From a bacterium (lineage in GTDB: Bacteria; UBA10199; JACPAL01; GCA-016699445), in the NCBI GenBank assembly GCA_036274695.1, contig DASUFF010000173.1, positions 105-64,104 on the forward strand: a stretch of 64,000 bases of DNA, written 5' to 3'. Both the position numbers and the translations under genes were made by a program. Shown one piece after another: positions 1 to 10,246 of this stretch (positions within the stretch are counted from its first letter, which is position 1; the number at the start of each line of letters is the position of its first letter). The notes under the pieces were generated by a model. That model did not search any database. It was not told the origin of the DNA and saw only the letters and a program-made list of their open reading frames with translations.

Positions 1-1054
1 GGGGGGGCTGGATCCCGCGGGGGCCTTGATCGCGAAGGCTTTGGAGAAGGGTAAACACGTCGTCACGGCGAACAAGGCCCTGCTGGCCGACCGGGCCCCG
101 CAGATCTTCAAGAAGGCGGCGGAGAAGGGCCTGCACGTGGGTTTCGAGGCCTCGGTGGCCGGCGGCATCCCGCTTCTCCAGGCCATCCGAGAAGGCTTCG
201 TCGGCAACCGCATCCAGGCCCTTTACGGCATCATCAACGGCACCTCGAACTACATCCTCACGGAAATGTCCGACCGCGGCGGTGCTTTCGCGGAGGTCTT
301 GAATCAGGCGCAAAGAGCCGGTTACGCGGAGGCGGATTCCAGCTTCGACGTGAAGGGCATCGACGCCTCGCAGAAGCTGGCCGTCCTAATCTCCCTCTGC
401 CACGGCGTCGAGCCGCCGAAGCAGGGGATGTTCGTGGAGGGCATCGACCGGATCACCCCGTTGGACATCGAGTTCGCCAAGAAGCTGGGCTATGCCATCA
501 AGCTGCTGGCCATCTCCAAGGAACACGCCGGCGCCATCGAAGCGCGCGTCCATCCGACGATGGTTCCGCTCACGCACCCCCTGGCGGACGTCAAGGGCGT
601 CTTCAACGCCATCTTCCTCAAGGGCGATGCGGTCGGCGACACCATGTTCCTGGGGCGCGGGGCGGGGATGATGCCCACGGCCTCGGCGGTCGTCAGCGAC
701 ATCGCGCGTATCGCTCAAATGATCGCGGACGGCCGTGTAGGGACGCATGGCCATGCGCCCCTACGTGCTATCGCGTTACAGCCCATGGATGACCTCGTCA
801 CGGAGTACTACCTGCGCTTCTCGGTGGTCGACAAACCGGGCGTGCTGGCGCAGATCGCGTCGCTGCTTGGCGAGAGCGACATCAGCATCGCCTCCGTCTA
901 CCAGCAGGAGAGGGATCTGGGCTCCAAGGTGCCGATCGTCGTGATGACCCACCAGGCGCGGGAGAAGAACATTCAGAAGGCGATTTCGAAGATTGACAAG
1001 CTGGACGCGGTGCTGGACAAAACCGTCCTCATTCGCGTCGAGCATCTCAAGTGA
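1..1054 (+). CDS. hom: homoserine dehydrogenase, 5'-truncated at window edge
   Basis: 342-aa ORF is open to position 2 with no upstream stop. Motifs [21 protein letters not shown] and a C-terminal ACT-like domain match Hom. Sits upstream of thrC. Confidence 0.9.
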   Translation, partial: GGLDPAGALIAKALEKGKHVVTANKALLADRAPQIFKKAAEKGLHVGFEASVAGGIPLLQAIREGFVGNRIQALYGIINGTSNYILTEMSDRGGAFAEVLNQAQRAGYAEADSSFDVKGIDASQKLAVLISLCHGVEPPKQGMFVEGIDRITPLDIEFAKKLGYAIKLLAISKEHAGAIEARVHPTMVPLTHPLADVKGVFNAIFLKGDAVGDTMFLGRGAGMMPTASAVVSDIARIAQMIADGRVGTHGHAPLRAIALQPMDDLVTEYYLRFSVVDKPGVLAQIASLLGESDISIASVYQQERDLGSKVPIVVMTHQAREKNIQKAISKIDKLDAVLDKTVLIRVEHLK

Positions 1055-2127
1055 GCGTAGAAAGGTATCCCTTGGCTTACAGCGGTCTCATCGTCAAATA
1101 CGCAAAATACCTTCCGATCGACCCGAAGTGCATCGTTTCGTTGAACGAAGGCAACACGCCGCTTCTGCCGGCGCCCCGGATCGCCGCGATGCTGGGCGAG
1201 GGCGTCCAGGTTTATCTCAAACTGGAAGGCTTGAACCCGACCGGTTCCTTCAAGGACCGCGGCATGACCTACGCCGTCTCCAAGGCGGTGGAAGAGGGCT
1301 CCAAGGCCGTGGTCTGCGCCTCCACCGGCAACACCTCAGCGGCCCAGGCGGCCTATGCGGCGCGCGCGGGACTTAAATCCTACATCGTCATCCCCAAGGG
1401 CAAGATCGCCCTGGGCAAACTGACCCAAGCGATGATCCACGGCTCGGCCATCGTCGCCGTCGACGGAAATTTCGACGAATCGCTCATGATCGTCCGCAAG
1501 ATCGCCGAAGAAGGCTATGCCACGATGGTGAACTCGGTGAATCCGTACCGGTTGGAAGGCCAGAAAACCGCGGCCTTCGAGGTCTGCGAAGCCTTAGGGA
1601 GGGCGCCGACGCATCATGCGCTTCCCGTCGGCAACGCCGGCAACATCACGGCCTACTGGAAGGGTTATCGGGAATACCGTTCCGAAGGCGTCATCGACGA
1701 ATTGCCGAAGATGTTGGGCTTCCAGGCCGCGGGGGCGGCGCCGATCGTCTTGGGCAAACCGGTAAAGAAGCCGGAGACGATCGCCACGGCCATCCGCATC
1801 GGAAATCCGGCGTCTTGGAAGCGCGCCGTTGAGGCGCGCGACGATTCGGGCGGGTTGATCGACAAGGTGACCGACAAGGAAATCTTGAGCGCCTACCGGC
1901 TGCTGGCGACGACCGAGGGCTATTTCTGCGAACCGGCCTCGGCCGCCTCCGTCGCGGGCATCTTGAAACACGCCAAGCGAGGGCTTTTCAAAAAGGGCGA
2001 CGTGGTCGTGTGCACGCTGACGGGGCACGGGTTGAAGGATCCGGACACGGCGCTCAAGACCGGCTCGAAACCCGTCATCGTCAAACCGGATTTCAAAAAG
2101 GTGCTGAAGGCGCTCCGACTCTCATGA
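1051..2127 (+). CDS. thrC: threonine synthase
   Basis: PLP lysine motif SFKDRG and [16 protein letters not shown]. 4-nt overlap with hom. Confidence 0.9.
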   Translation: MSVERYPLAYSGLIVKYAKYLPIDPKCIVSLNEGNTPLLPAPRIAAMLGEGVQVYLKLEGLNPTGSFKDRGMTYAVSKAVEEGSKAVVCASTGNTSAAQAAYAARAGLKSYIVIPKGKIALGKLTQAMIHGSAIVAVDGNFDESLMIVRKIAEEGYATMVNSVNPYRLEGQKTAAFEVCEALGRAPTHHALPVGNAGNITAYWKGYREYRSEGVIDELPKMLGFQAAGAAPIVLGKPVKKPETIATAIRIGNPASWKRAVEARDDSGGLIDKVTDKEILSAYRLLATTEGYFCEPASAASVAGILKHAKRGLFKKGDVVVCTLTGHGLKDPDTALKTGSKPVIVKPDFKKVLKALRLS

Positions 2128-2600
2128 AACCGATCTTCGCCCCATGGCGGATGGAGTTCATCTTAGGTCCCCGGGAGAAGGGCTGCGTTTTCTGCAATCG
2201 CGTCAAACGGAAGTCGGACCGCAAGGACCTGATTCTGCACCGGGGAAAGAGCTGCTTCGTCATCCTGAACAAGTACCCCTACAATCCAGGGCACCTCATG
2301 GTGGTTCCCAACCGCCACGTCTCCTCGCTCACCGAGCTGAACGCCAAGGAACACGAGGAAATCTTTTCCCTCTTGGCTCGCGCCGAAAAAGCGCTGAGCA
2401 AATCGATGCGGCCCCAGGGCTTCAACATGGGCATGAACCTGGGGAAGGCGGCGGGGGCGGGGATCGACGATCACATCCACTTCCACGTCATTCCTCGCTG
2501 GTTCGCGGACACCAATTTCTGGCCCGTGATCGCCGAGACCAAGTCCATGCCCCAGCATCTCCTGGACACCTACGACCTGTTAAAGAAGTTTTGGAAATAG
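2124..2600 (+). CDS. HIT-family hydrolase (GalT/Ap4A-phosphorylase-like)
   Basis: CVFCN ... [10 protein letters not shown] ... HFHVIPR histidine-triad motifs. ATGA start/stop overlap with thrC. Internal Met chosen as start. Confidence 0.8.
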   Translation: MKPIFAPWRMEFILGPREKGCVFCNRVKRKSDRKDLILHRGKSCFVILNKYPYNPGHLMVVPNRHVSSLTELNAKEHEEIFSLLARAEKALSKSMRPQGFNMGMNLGKAAGAGIDDHIHFHVIPRWFADTNFWPVIAETKSMPQHLLDTYDLLKKFWK

Positions 2601-2635
2601 CCGAAATCGTGTAGAATTGCGAAAAGGGGGAAGTC

Positions 2636-3007
2636 ATGCGGAAGGTTCTCTACGCCCTGTTCCTCTCTCTCTTCATCTTCGTCATCCTCAACTTCCTCTA
2701 CTGCAATCTGAACGACGCCGCGTTCAATTACCCGATGACCTTCCGGTTCTCCGTGCCGCATGTCTTTGAGATCCGTTCCGTTCCGGTGCAGCTGGGCTTC
2801 GTGGTCATCACGGCCTTTTGCCTCGGCATCGTTTTCCTGGCCCTCCTGCAGGCGATCCCCGCGGTCTTCAAGACCATCGCCGTGCGTTCGCGGGACCGCC
2901 GGATCAAGGAGCTGGAGAAGGAGCTGGAAGAGATGAAGAGCGCCGCTCCCGTTTCGCCGGAGGCTCCGCGCGACGAGACTCATGCAACCACCACCTCTCA
3001 TAGCTGA
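2636..3007 (+). CDS. small inner-membrane protein, LapA/DUF1049-like
   Basis: Two transmembrane segments then a charged coiled tail (KELEKELEEMK). RBS AAGGGGG upstream. Confidence 0.5.
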   Translation: MRKVLYALFLSLFIFVILNFLYCNLNDAAFNYPMTFRFSVPHVFEIRSVPVQLGFVVITAFCLGIVFLALLQAIPAVFKTIAVRSRDRRIKELEKELEEMKSAAPVSPEAPRDETHATTTSHS

Positions 3008-3899
3008 TTTCCACTACGACCATCCGTTCTGCCAGGAGCGCCGCGCGCTCATCGTCCAAAAGATGAAGTCCGGCGGTTATTGGAAACGGGTCATGTCCGC
3101 GGGGCCGGAACTCGACCGCCTGAAGGAATTCCTCTCCCTCGTGGAAAGCCAAAAACATCTCCCCGAGAGCTCGCCTCTCCAGCGGCCCAATTTCCTGCCG
3201 TTGTACCCGGGAGTTTCCTACCGGCCGTTCTACGATCCGAAGGATTTCGACTGGGTGAAGCCCGTCGAAGAGGCTTATCCCGTCATCCTCTCCGAAATGG
3301 AGACCTTGGGGAACGACCCTCTCTACGTCGAATACTCGCCGCCGATCAAAGCCAGCGGCTCGTGGTCGGCCGTGCCTTTTTACTACATGGGCCTTAAGAT
3401 ACCGCTCAGCGCGAGCGTCTGCCCGCGCACCGCCGCTTTTTTGGAAAAACTGCCGGGCAATTGTTTTCTCTATCCGTGGGGCGATGCGCTCTTCTCCCGG
3501 CACATGCCGGGAACGCACCTGAAAGCCCACTGCAGCGTCGACGGATTCCGCCTCCGCTGCCATTTGGGCCTGAAGATCACGGAAGGGGCCGTCATGCGCG
3601 TCGGTTCGGAGACGCGGACGTGGGAGGAGGGGAAGGTCCTGCTGTTCGATGATTCTTTCGAGCACGAGGTGTGGAACCGCGGCACGCAGCCGCGGACCAT
3701 CTTAATCGTCGATTTCTGGCATCCGGAGCTGAATCCGTCCGAAATCCGGGCCATCGAGGCGGGCTTTCGCAAATCCGAGATCCGCGCGTTGATGTACACG
3801 ATCCGCCTTCTTAACGCTTCGGAGGAGACGCACCAGCAAATCCTCCAGGCCTTCGCGATGGAGGACGCCGATCCCGTTATCCGGTCGTTTTGGGACTGA
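2982..3899 (+). CDS. aspartyl/asparaginyl beta-hydroxylase family (2OG-Fe(II) oxygenase, LpxO-like)
   Basis: Family-typical C-terminal region (FDDSFEHEVWN, ILIVDFWHPEL). Alternative start at 3063 (MKSGGYW). Confidence 0.65.
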   Translation: MQPPPLIADFHYDHPFCQERRALIVQKMKSGGYWKRVMSAGPELDRLKEFLSLVESQKHLPESSPLQRPNFLPLYPGVSYRPFYDPKDFDWVKPVEEAYPVILSEMETLGNDPLYVEYSPPIKASGSWSAVPFYYMGLKIPLSASVCPRTAAFLEKLPGNCFLYPWGDALFSRHMPGTHLKAHCSVDGFRLRCHLGLKITEGAVMRVGSETRTWEEGKVLLFDDSFEHEVWNRGTQPRTILIVDFWHPELNPSEIRAIEAGFRKSEIRALMYTIRLLNASEETHQQILQAFAMEDADPVIRSFWD

Positions 3900-5130
3900 G
3901 CCTCGCGATGCTTCGCGTGAAGAAAATGAACTCCATGCAGAAGATGCGCCAGTAATTCTCCCTCTTGGGCAGGTAAAACATCTTCATCCGACAGGCGTCC
4001 GCCAGGTCCTGGCTGTCGACGATGCCGTCGAAAAGGGCGCAAAGGTCGTCCCATTCGACCAAGAGGCCGAACTGGGCGCTGGGACGGTGCGGCCCCGGCT
4101 TCACCGGATTCCACCGTTTGAGGTTGATGTCCCAAAAGACATACTTCCCCTCATAGAAGGAGGAGATCTCGAAATGGGTGGCCAGGAGCGTAAGGACGAT
4201 CTTCGGCGAGAGAGGAAGGGTTTTTAGGAGATGCCGTCGCCGCTGCCGCAGGAAATGTTCCATGACCTTGGTCAATCCCTCCATGTCATATCTCTTCAAA
4301 CGGGGATCCCGAAGCCATCGCTTCCAATCCGGTCCTTCTGATTCGGAATCTCCCGCAACGGCGCGCTTCGGCGCGGGCACGACCCGCGCCCCGTCCTGGA
4401 CCCACCGATCGCCGGGATTCATGGGAAGGGGCGTCATGCGGCCTTCGCCGGCGTTCCGAATGATTTCCAAAAACTCTTCGGGCTTCCCCGGGCAGACCCG
4501 GTCGTTCAACCATTTCAGCTCCTCCGGATACCAGTAGACATTGGATGCCGCAGGCACGACGTAATGAAGGCCCATCTCCACACAGGCCTTGGCCACCTCC
4601 GCGTAGTCGGGCTTCCATTTCTTCTCCGGATCGAGTCCAAAGAGGCCTGAGTAGTCCCAGCCGCAGAAGGGAATGAAGCCGATATCCAGTTGGAACCGCC
4701 GGCCCAGCTCTGCGGCGATGGGCTCGAAGACGCAATCCGCGGCGTCGAACACGCCGCAACCTTCCCCCTCGAAGACGTAGGCCACCTCCTCGGGAATGCC
4801 GACGGAGGGGATCGCCGTGATCTTGAGATCCCGGAAGGTCAGGGACTTCCACGCCTTCAATTCCCTCACGTCTTTGAAGTCCAAGGCCTTCAGCTCCGCC
4901 CGGATGTTCCGGATCGGGCTCCGGGGGATCACGATCGGGACGTCCTTGGGCAGGCGCCTTAAGGTGTCCTCGTGGAAGTGGTCGAAGTGGGCGTGGGTGA
5001 TACAGACGATGTCCGGCGTCGGCAGGTCCTCCAGACGGTGGGCGCGCGGGGGTTCGTGGCGCACGGCGCCGCCGAAGAGCGGATCGGAAAGCCAGGGATC
5101 CGTCAGGCAGCGCGTTTGCGCCGTTTCCAA
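3877..5130 (-). CDS. MBL-fold metallo-hydrolase domain protein
   Basis: HAHFDH metallo-beta-lactamase motif near the N-terminus. 417 aa, last gene of the minus-strand locus. Confidence 0.6.
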   Translation of the reverse strand: METAQTRCLTDPWLSDPLFGGAVRHEPPRAHRLEDLPTPDIVCITHAHFDHFHEDTLRRLPKDVPIVIPRSPIRNIRAELKALDFKDVRELKAWKSLTFRDLKITAIPSVGIPEEVAYVFEGEGCGVFDAADCVFEPIAAELGRRFQLDIGFIPFCGWDYSGLFGLDPEKKWKPDYAEVAKACVEMGLHYVVPAASNVYWYPEELKWLNDRVCPGKPEEFLEIIRNAGEGRMTPLPMNPGDRWVQDGARVVPAPKRAVAGDSESEGPDWKRWLRDPRLKRYDMEGLTKVMEHFLRQRRRHLLKTLPLSPKIVLTLLATHFEISSFYEGKYVFWDINLKRWNPVKPGPHRPSAQFGLLVEWDDLCALFDGIVDSQDLADACRMKMFYLPKRENYWRIFCMEFIFFTRSIARLSPKTTG

Positions 5131-5190
5131 GAGGAGACAGGCGTGTCCGATCCAAGTGATTTGCAGGGGAAGACTCCCGTTTCGAACGTC

Positions 5191-5913
5191 TTAGATCTTA
5201 CCAGGGGCGCGGCGCTTTTGCAGGTCTTTCAGCGAAACGGCCGGCTTGTCGGCCGGAGGTTGAATGGGCGTTTCCTTCGCAGGCTGGGATTTCGCGAGGT
5301 CCGCCAAACGGCTGGTGAAGATCTGTTGGGCCGTCTGCCCCGCCTTGAAGCCGCTCTTTTGCAACTGCTCCTGGCTCGCCTTGCGGGAACCCTTTTTCTG
5401 TCTCATGAGGCCGTAAACGGAGACCTCGAGGACGCGCATGGGGGAGGGATACTGATTGATGATCTGCAGGATGAATTCCTTGGCCCCCTTGTCGATGCGG
5501 GCCTTGCCGTTCACCAGCCGGCCCTGGGCCTTCAGATTGTTGACGTAGACCTGGGCATAGCTGGGATCGAGAACGGTGCAGGGAATGATCTTATTGGCGA
5601 TGATTTCGCCGATTTCCTTCTCGCTGTATTCCCGCTCCTCGAGGGACATCGGGTCCCAGGGCGGCCGGATCGGCCCGTTGTAGTGGAACTTCTTCTTCTC
5701 CATCCACTGGGCGTGGGGAACGATGTAGGTGCCGTCGGCCTGCTTGCACGGCTCGAAGGAATCCACCCATTCCTTATACGTGTATTTTTTTGCGTCGACG
5801 AATCCCGAGGCGTAAAGGAAGGCGATGTCAATCTGATCCTTGAAGAAAATATACTTCTTCCGGTCTTTTCCTTCTTTCGCGACCCGGATGAAGATCGCTT
5901 CTAGAGGCTCCAT
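5191..5913 (-). CDS. uncharacterised protein, paralog family P copy 1
   Basis: 240 aa. Shares with 11283-11948, 14824-15468 and 15847-16497 the motifs GFVD, W..F...PDGSY/ADGTY, QW..K..F.Y.GP, YPSP.RV and a low-complexity Lys/Ala/Gln C-tail. Confidence 0.6.
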   Translation of the reverse strand: MEPLEAIFIRVAKEGKDRKKYIFFKDQIDIAFLYASGFVDAKKYTYKEWVDSFEPCKQADGTYIVPHAQWMEKKKFHYNGPIRPPWDPMSLEEREYSEKEIGEIIANKIIPCTVLDPSYAQVYVNNLKAQGRLVNGKARIDKGAKEFILQIINQYPSPMRVLEVSVYGLMRQKKGSRKASQEQLQKSGFKAGQTAQQIFTSRLADLAKSQPAKETPIQPPADKPAVSLKDLQKRRAPGKI

Positions 5914-6026
5914 TCACCCTCTCGGTTAGGCTAATTCTCTGAATTTACTTGCTTTTATTGTACTTGGGTTGAGCTATCTTGTCAAAAGGAAAGGGGATGA
6001 GGGGAATCGCCGGGTGGGGACGGGGA

Positions 6027-6353
6027 TTACGTCAGGAAATCGGTCGTTTCGACCGTATTGGAATCGCCTTTTTCGATCTCGGCCATCTTCTCTTCGTGGC
6101 GATCCGTTTCGGCCAAGCGGTCGTTCTTGTAATTGAGCCGGGCCTCGTCCTTGCGCTCGTCCAGTCTCTCCAGACCAAGCTCCAAGTTGGCGGCCGTGAT
6201 CTCGGAGCGGTTCATCGAGGATTCCATGATCCCAAAGGTCTGAACGCCCTGGGCGCCCAACGCCGTGATCATATTGTTGCTCGACGTCATTCCCAGCGCG
6301 GCCGTGTAATCGACCGGCGCGGGCATCGAAGCTGATGTTGTGGAACCGCCCAT
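6027..6353 (-). CDS. small uncharacterised protein, paralog family S copy 1
   Basis: 108 aa, N-terminus MGGSTTS..PAPVDY, conserved RHEEKMAEI and C-terminal TDF. 95% identical to the adjacent copy. Confidence 0.6.
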   Translation of the reverse strand: MGGSTTSASMPAPVDYTAALGMTSSNNMITALGAQGVQTFGIMESSMNRSEITAANLELGLERLDERKDEARLNYKNDRLAETDRHEEKMAEIEKGDSNTVETTDFLT

Positions 6354-6366
6354 AACCTTCTCCGTG

Positions 6367-6693
6367 TTACGCTATGAAATCCGTCGTCTCAACCGTGCTC
6401 GAATCGCCCTTTTCGATCGAGGCCATCTTCTCATCGTGGCGATCCATCTCGGCCAAGCGGTCGTTCTTGTAATTGAGCCGGGCCTCGTCCGCGCGCTCGT
6501 CCAGTCTCTCCAGACCAAGCTCCAAGTTGGCGGCCGTGATCTCGGAGCGGTTCATCGAGGATTCCATGATCCCGAAGGTCTGAACGCCCTGGGCGCCCAA
6601 CGCCGTGATCATATTGTTGCTCGACGTCATTCCCAGCGCGGCCGTGTAATCGACCGGCGCGGGCATCGAATTGGATGTGGTTGAACCGCCCAT
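6367..6693 (-). CDS. small uncharacterised protein, paralog family S copy 2
   Basis: Tandem near-identical duplicate of 6027-6353, 13-nt spacer. Confidence 0.6.
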   Translation of the reverse strand: MGGSTTSNSMPAPVDYTAALGMTSSNNMITALGAQGVQTFGIMESSMNRSEITAANLELGLERLDERADEARLNYKNDRLAEMDRHDEKMASIEKGDSSTVETTDFIA

Positions 6694-6720
6694 AAAAACC
6701 TCTTCTCCTCGTCGGACCCG

Positions 6721-7305
6721 TTACGGTCCGTAATAGCCGTTTTCGTACTTGGCCTTATCGGCCTCCGCCTTCGCCTTATCCGCATCCGCTTTTGCCTTAT
6801 CCGCATCCGCTTGCTTCTGGAACGTGTCCTGCCAATTCTGGTGCTGCTGCGAGTCCTTGTTCATCAAGTCGTCCCACTGCTTGCTAAAATCGGGACGGCT
6901 GCCATCCGCATACTCGGTCGCGTTGTTCCAGATCGCTCCGGGAGAATAGCTCCCGGAGCTATTCGCTAAAAAATCGGATACCTCAGTCGTCGTCGTGCCC
7001 TCGCGAGCCGCATCCACGTCGGCTCCGATCTCGGCCATCTTCTCCTCGTGGCGGTTTTCTTCTTCGCTCATCGACTGGATATAGTTCAGCTTGGCGATCT
7101 GCAGCTTCGTATCCAGCGATTCCAGGCCTTGCTCCAGATTGGCCGCGATCTGCATTTCGCGGTCCATACTGGCGGTCATGACGGCGAAGTTCTGGGCCAT
7201 GATCTGGCCCATGGCGATGGTCTTGTTGTTGTCCGACTGATACATCATCGCCTGCGAGTAATCGACCGGAGGCGGGTATGTCGTCGTACTGGTTGATCCA
7301 CCCAT
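6721..7305 (-). CDS. uncharacterised protein, paralog family S copy 3 with repeat-containing C-terminal extension
   Basis: N-terminal ~110 aa homologous to the S family (MGGSTSTTTYPPPVDY, NRHEEKMAEI). C-terminus carries KADADKAKAEADKAK heptad repeats. Confidence 0.6.
   Translation of the reverse strand: MGGSTSTTTYPPPVDYSQAMMYQSDNNKTIAMGQIMAQNFAVMTASMDREMQIAANLEQGLESLDTKLQIAKLNYIQSMSEEENRHEEKMAEIGADVDAAREGTTTTEVSDFLANSSGSYSPGAIWNNATEYADGSRPDFSKQWDDLMNKDSQQHQNWQDTFQKQADADKAKADADKAKAEADKAKYENGYYGP
6752..6814. repeat. 3 x 21-nt in-frame tandem repeat
   Basis: gccttatc(g/c)gc(c/a)tccgc(c/t)tt(c/t/g)(c/t) three times, encoding a DKAKA(D/E)A heptad. Confidence 0.7.
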
Positions 7306-7381
7306 AAAATCTTCGCTCCCCTTAAGCTAAGGTATCGTCAAACCCTTTGTTTCCAGTTGCTTCCAAACACCCGATGCGGCC

Positions 7382-7771
7382 TTAGGGGCCAGGCATCGAG
7401 AAACCGCCGTTGCTCGGGTCGTCGTTTCCGTTGTTCCCGAAAATATCGCCCATCACGTCCCAGCGACTCTCGTTCGAACCGCCGTCGCTGAACAGGATCT
7501 CGGAATCCATGTGTTCGGGAGGCGGGAGGCCTTCTGCGGTCGCTTCGGCGCGGCCGTTCACCGTCTGCTGCCATTCGAGCATATAGGAAAGGGCGTCCTC
7601 CGCTCCCTGGCCGGCCTCGTGCAGGGCCATCTGGGACATCATCGCGCCTTCGTTCTCGGCGCGCGCCTTCTCCATTTCCTGCTGCTGCATCTCCCAAAGC
7701 CGTTCGTAAGCCGCCATGACCTCGGCGTTATTGGCTGCGTTATGGGCATTGACGTCGTTCGTATCGGCCAT
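7382..7771 (-). CDS. hypothetical acidic protein
   Basis: 129-aa ORF on the locus strand. Weak RBS and no recognisable domain. Confidence 0.4.
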   Translation of the reverse strand: MADTNDVNAHNAANNAEVMAAYERLWEMQQQEMEKARAENEGAMMSQMALHEAGQGAEDALSYMLEWQQTVNGRAEATAEGLPPPEHMDSEILFSDGGSNESRWDVMGDIFGNNGNDDPSNGGFSMPGP

Positions 7772-7826
7772 AAGGAAACACTTATCCTTTCACTATTCTA
7801 AACCTATTATCGGACCGCCTCAAAGG

Positions 7827-8498
7827 CTAAGTTGCTAGGCCCCCCTCAACGGGCTTGACGTAGATCCTCTGCAACTTCCTTAGGGAAATCGGCCAAAACT
7901 CCTTCATCCGTTCCCAGCGCTCCTTCAAACCCTTCGGTTTGACGGGGCGCCAGCCCAGGGCCTGCATGCGGGCATCGGGGATCACCAGCGTGGCCGTTCT
8001 CTCCCGAACGCCCCCCATCCGGAGGGTTAAACGGTCGAAACTCTTCTGGAAAATGAAGATGGCTTCCCGGCGCAATTGGGGATCCACATCGGGGATCCGG
8101 ACCTTGGGAAGGATCATCAAGTTCAGCAAATGATTCTCTTTTTTGCCGAAGTGGAACATGGAGTGCCCGCCGGCGATCAGCCGCTTTTCTTCTTTCAGCA
8201 GGCTCGTCCCCAGGAATTCCCGCACCAGGCCGTCGTAAAAGAGCTTGGGCCGCAAAAAAGACTTCCAGTTCAGGTATTTGAACGGATCAAAGAGGGAATG
8301 GTTGAACTCGTAGTGGATCTTGCCCTGGTCATCCATGAAACCCGAGATCTGCATTTCTTCCGTCAGAGGCTGGATGGTCCACGGCATGTAGGTGGTAAAC
8401 AAGTCCTCGTCGCTGACCACATAGGCATCCACCAGGCCCAAATGGGTCCGCTTCACAACCCGAGGAAGCTTCATGTCTTGTTGGAATGCCACTGACAC
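7827..8498 (-). CDS. hypothetical protein
   Basis: 223-aa ORF with consistent GC3 bias. No recognisable family. Confidence 0.5.
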   Translation of the reverse strand: MSVAFQQDMKLPRVVKRTHLGLVDAYVVSDEDLFTTYMPWTIQPLTEEMQISGFMDDQGKIHYEFNHSLFDPFKYLNWKSFLRPKLFYDGLVREFLGTSLLKEEKRLIAGGHSMFHFGKKENHLLNLMILPKVRIPDVDPQLRREAIFIFQKSFDRLTLRMGGVRERTATLVIPDARMQALGWRPVKPKGLKERWERMKEFWPISLRKLQRIYVKPVEGGLAT

Positions 8499-8629
8499 AA
8501 GTGATTATAAAGCAATGCCGGTGCCAAGAGCAGGCCTCGACGGAGCCTTCCAACTATTTGATTTAATTATTATTTTTTGCGAAGAGGTTTGAGGGATCTT
8601 CCTAAAGTGGTGACCTAACCCCCCGAAAT

Positions 8630-9004
8630 CTATGCCGTAGTCCCATTGCGGGCGTTCTGGACTTGCTGACGAGGACCGGAAGGATCGGGGGGATTGTTGG
8701 GTTGTCCCGGCTGCGCTTGAGCGCCGGAAGGGGGGAGGTAACCCATCTGTTCCAAGTACTGCTGAATGGCGGGATCGCCTCCGGTGGCGGCAGGGTCCGA
8801 GGCCATGGCAAAAATGCCTTGGGCCATTTGTTCGCTTTCGGAGTCCACCTGCTGTTGAGCGCGCTGCCGGGCGTCGGCCGAAGCGGCATCCTGGGCCGCC
8901 TTGGAGGCCTTGGCCTTATTGGCTTCCGAAACGCCGATGGTCGTGGCCGTGCACGCGACGGTGACGGCGGCTCCAACGGCTGCTGCTGCTACGGCTCCAG
9001 ACAT
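8630..9004 (-). CDS. small putative secreted or lipoprotein
   Basis: Internal-Met start gives an Ala/Val-rich hydrophobic N-terminus ending VTVAC (lipobox-like), then a Gln/Ala/Pro-rich tail. Confidence 0.4.
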   Translation of the reverse strand: MSGAVAAAAVGAAVTVACTATTIGVSEANKAKASKAAQDAASADARQRAQQQVDSESEQMAQGIFAMASDPAATGGDPAIQQYLEQMGYLPPSGAQAQPGQPNNPPDPSGPRQQVQNARNGTTA

Positions 9005-9106
9005 AATTAAATAAACCTCAAAACTAACAAGAGGATACACACCCCTCTTTAAAGATTTTCGGCCGGAACCCTTCTCCAGTTGCCTTGCCGACTATCCAAA
9101 TAATAA

Positions 9107-10246
9107 TCAAAGGTTAACACTGTTCGAGAGACAGTCCAAGAGCCTATTCAAGTGGCTTTCAGTATGGCGGCTGGTCAGGGAGACTCGAAGGCGGCATTGA
9201 CCTTCTGGAACGATGGGGGGGCGGATTTCTTGGACGTAAAGGTTTGAGTCGATCAAATAAGTCCACTGCCGAAGGATTTCCTCCGAAGAACCCGTCATCA
9301 TCGTGAAGATAGGAGACGGCTCGCGAATCACCATGAGGCGCTTCTGAAGATAGTCGATATTGTTCCAAAGAGACCTGCGCCGCTCCGGTTCCCCGCGAAC
9401 GATTTTGATCCCCTCTAGAGCCGCCGCGGCCGAGGCGGGTGGAAGAGACGTCGAAAACAAAAACGTACGGGCGTAATTGATCAGATAATCCTTCAAAAGC
9501 GAGGAACCACAAACGAACGCGCCGTATGAGCCCAACGCTTTTCCGAAGGTTCCCATCGTGACGACGAAGGAAGGCAGGGGACGCGGAACGAGGCCTTCGC
9601 CCTCATCACCGAAAACGCCGACGGCGTGGCATTCATCCACATACACGGTGGCCCCGTAACGAACCGCGAGGGTGAAGATATCCTTCATCGGGCAAAGATC
9701 GCCACCCGTGTTGAAGACCGCCTCCGTCACGATCAAACGCCGCCCCGGTTCCGAACGGAAACGATCGAGAAGATCCTCCAGCTGATTCATATGGTTGTGC
9801 CGGAAGGGTTGGATGTTCGCCCGAGATAGCCTCACGCCGTCGAGTGAGGAAGGATGGCACCCCTCGTCGATAAAGATGATGTCGGAGGACGAGGCCAGCA
9901 CGGGAATGACCCCCAGATTCGCTTGATAACCCGAATTAAAGAGCAGGGCGGACTCGGCGCCTTTCCATTCCGCCACGGCGTCTTCGAGTTGCTCGTAAAC
10001 CGGAAGGTTGGCGGAAATGATCCGGGATGCGCAGCCGCCGGCCCCGTATTGCCGCATGGCCTTTGCGCCGGCTTCAATGAGGCGGGGATCTCCGGCGAGC
10101 CCCAAATAATTGTTGGTGCAGAAATTGACGACCCGATGCCCTCCCAGGACCATTTCCGGCTCCTGCGGCGTTTCCATGGGGATCAAAGACAAATGATGCC
10201 CTATCTCCTTCAACTCCAGAAGGCTGTCTTCCCAATGGTCTCTCAC
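9107..10246 (-). CDS. alpha-oxoamine synthase (class II aminotransferase, 8-amino-7-oxononanoate synthase / BioF-like)
   Basis: VNFCTNNYLGL, FNSGYQAN and the PLP-lysine block TMGTFGKALGSYGA. GTG start at 10246 overlaps the upstream stop as GTGA. The longer ORF extends to 10468. Confidence 0.75.
   Translation of the reverse strand: MRDHWEDSLLELKEIGHHLSLIPMETPQEPEMVLGGHRVVNFCTNNYLGLAGDPRLIEAGAKAMRQYGAGGCASRIISANLPVYEQLEDAVAEWKGAESALLFNSGYQANLGVIPVLASSSDIIFIDEGCHPSSLDGVRLSRANIQPFRHNHMNQLEDLLDRFRSEPGRRLIVTEAVFNTGGDLCPMKDIFTLAVRYGATVYVDECHAVGVFGDEGEGLVPRPLPSFVVTMGTFGKALGSYGAFVCGSSLLKDYLINYARTFLFSTSLPPASAAAALEGIKIVRGEPERRRSLWNNIDYLQKRLMVIREPSPIFTMMTGSSEEILRQWTYLIDSNLYVQEIRPPIVPEGQCRLRVSLTSRHTESHLNRLLDCLSNSVNL

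Larger units (their letters stand above)
6027..6693. repeat. tandem direct duplication, two ~340-bp units with near-identical cores
   Basis: Central ~230 bp of the two units differ at only a few positions. Unit ends diverge. Confidence 0.8.

Noticed and set aside
4286-5904. 289-aa minus and 310-aa plus ORFs overlapping the MBL-fold and P copy 1 genes
   Set aside because: Frame-shadow or antisense ORFs. The annotated frames have conserved motifs and paralog support.
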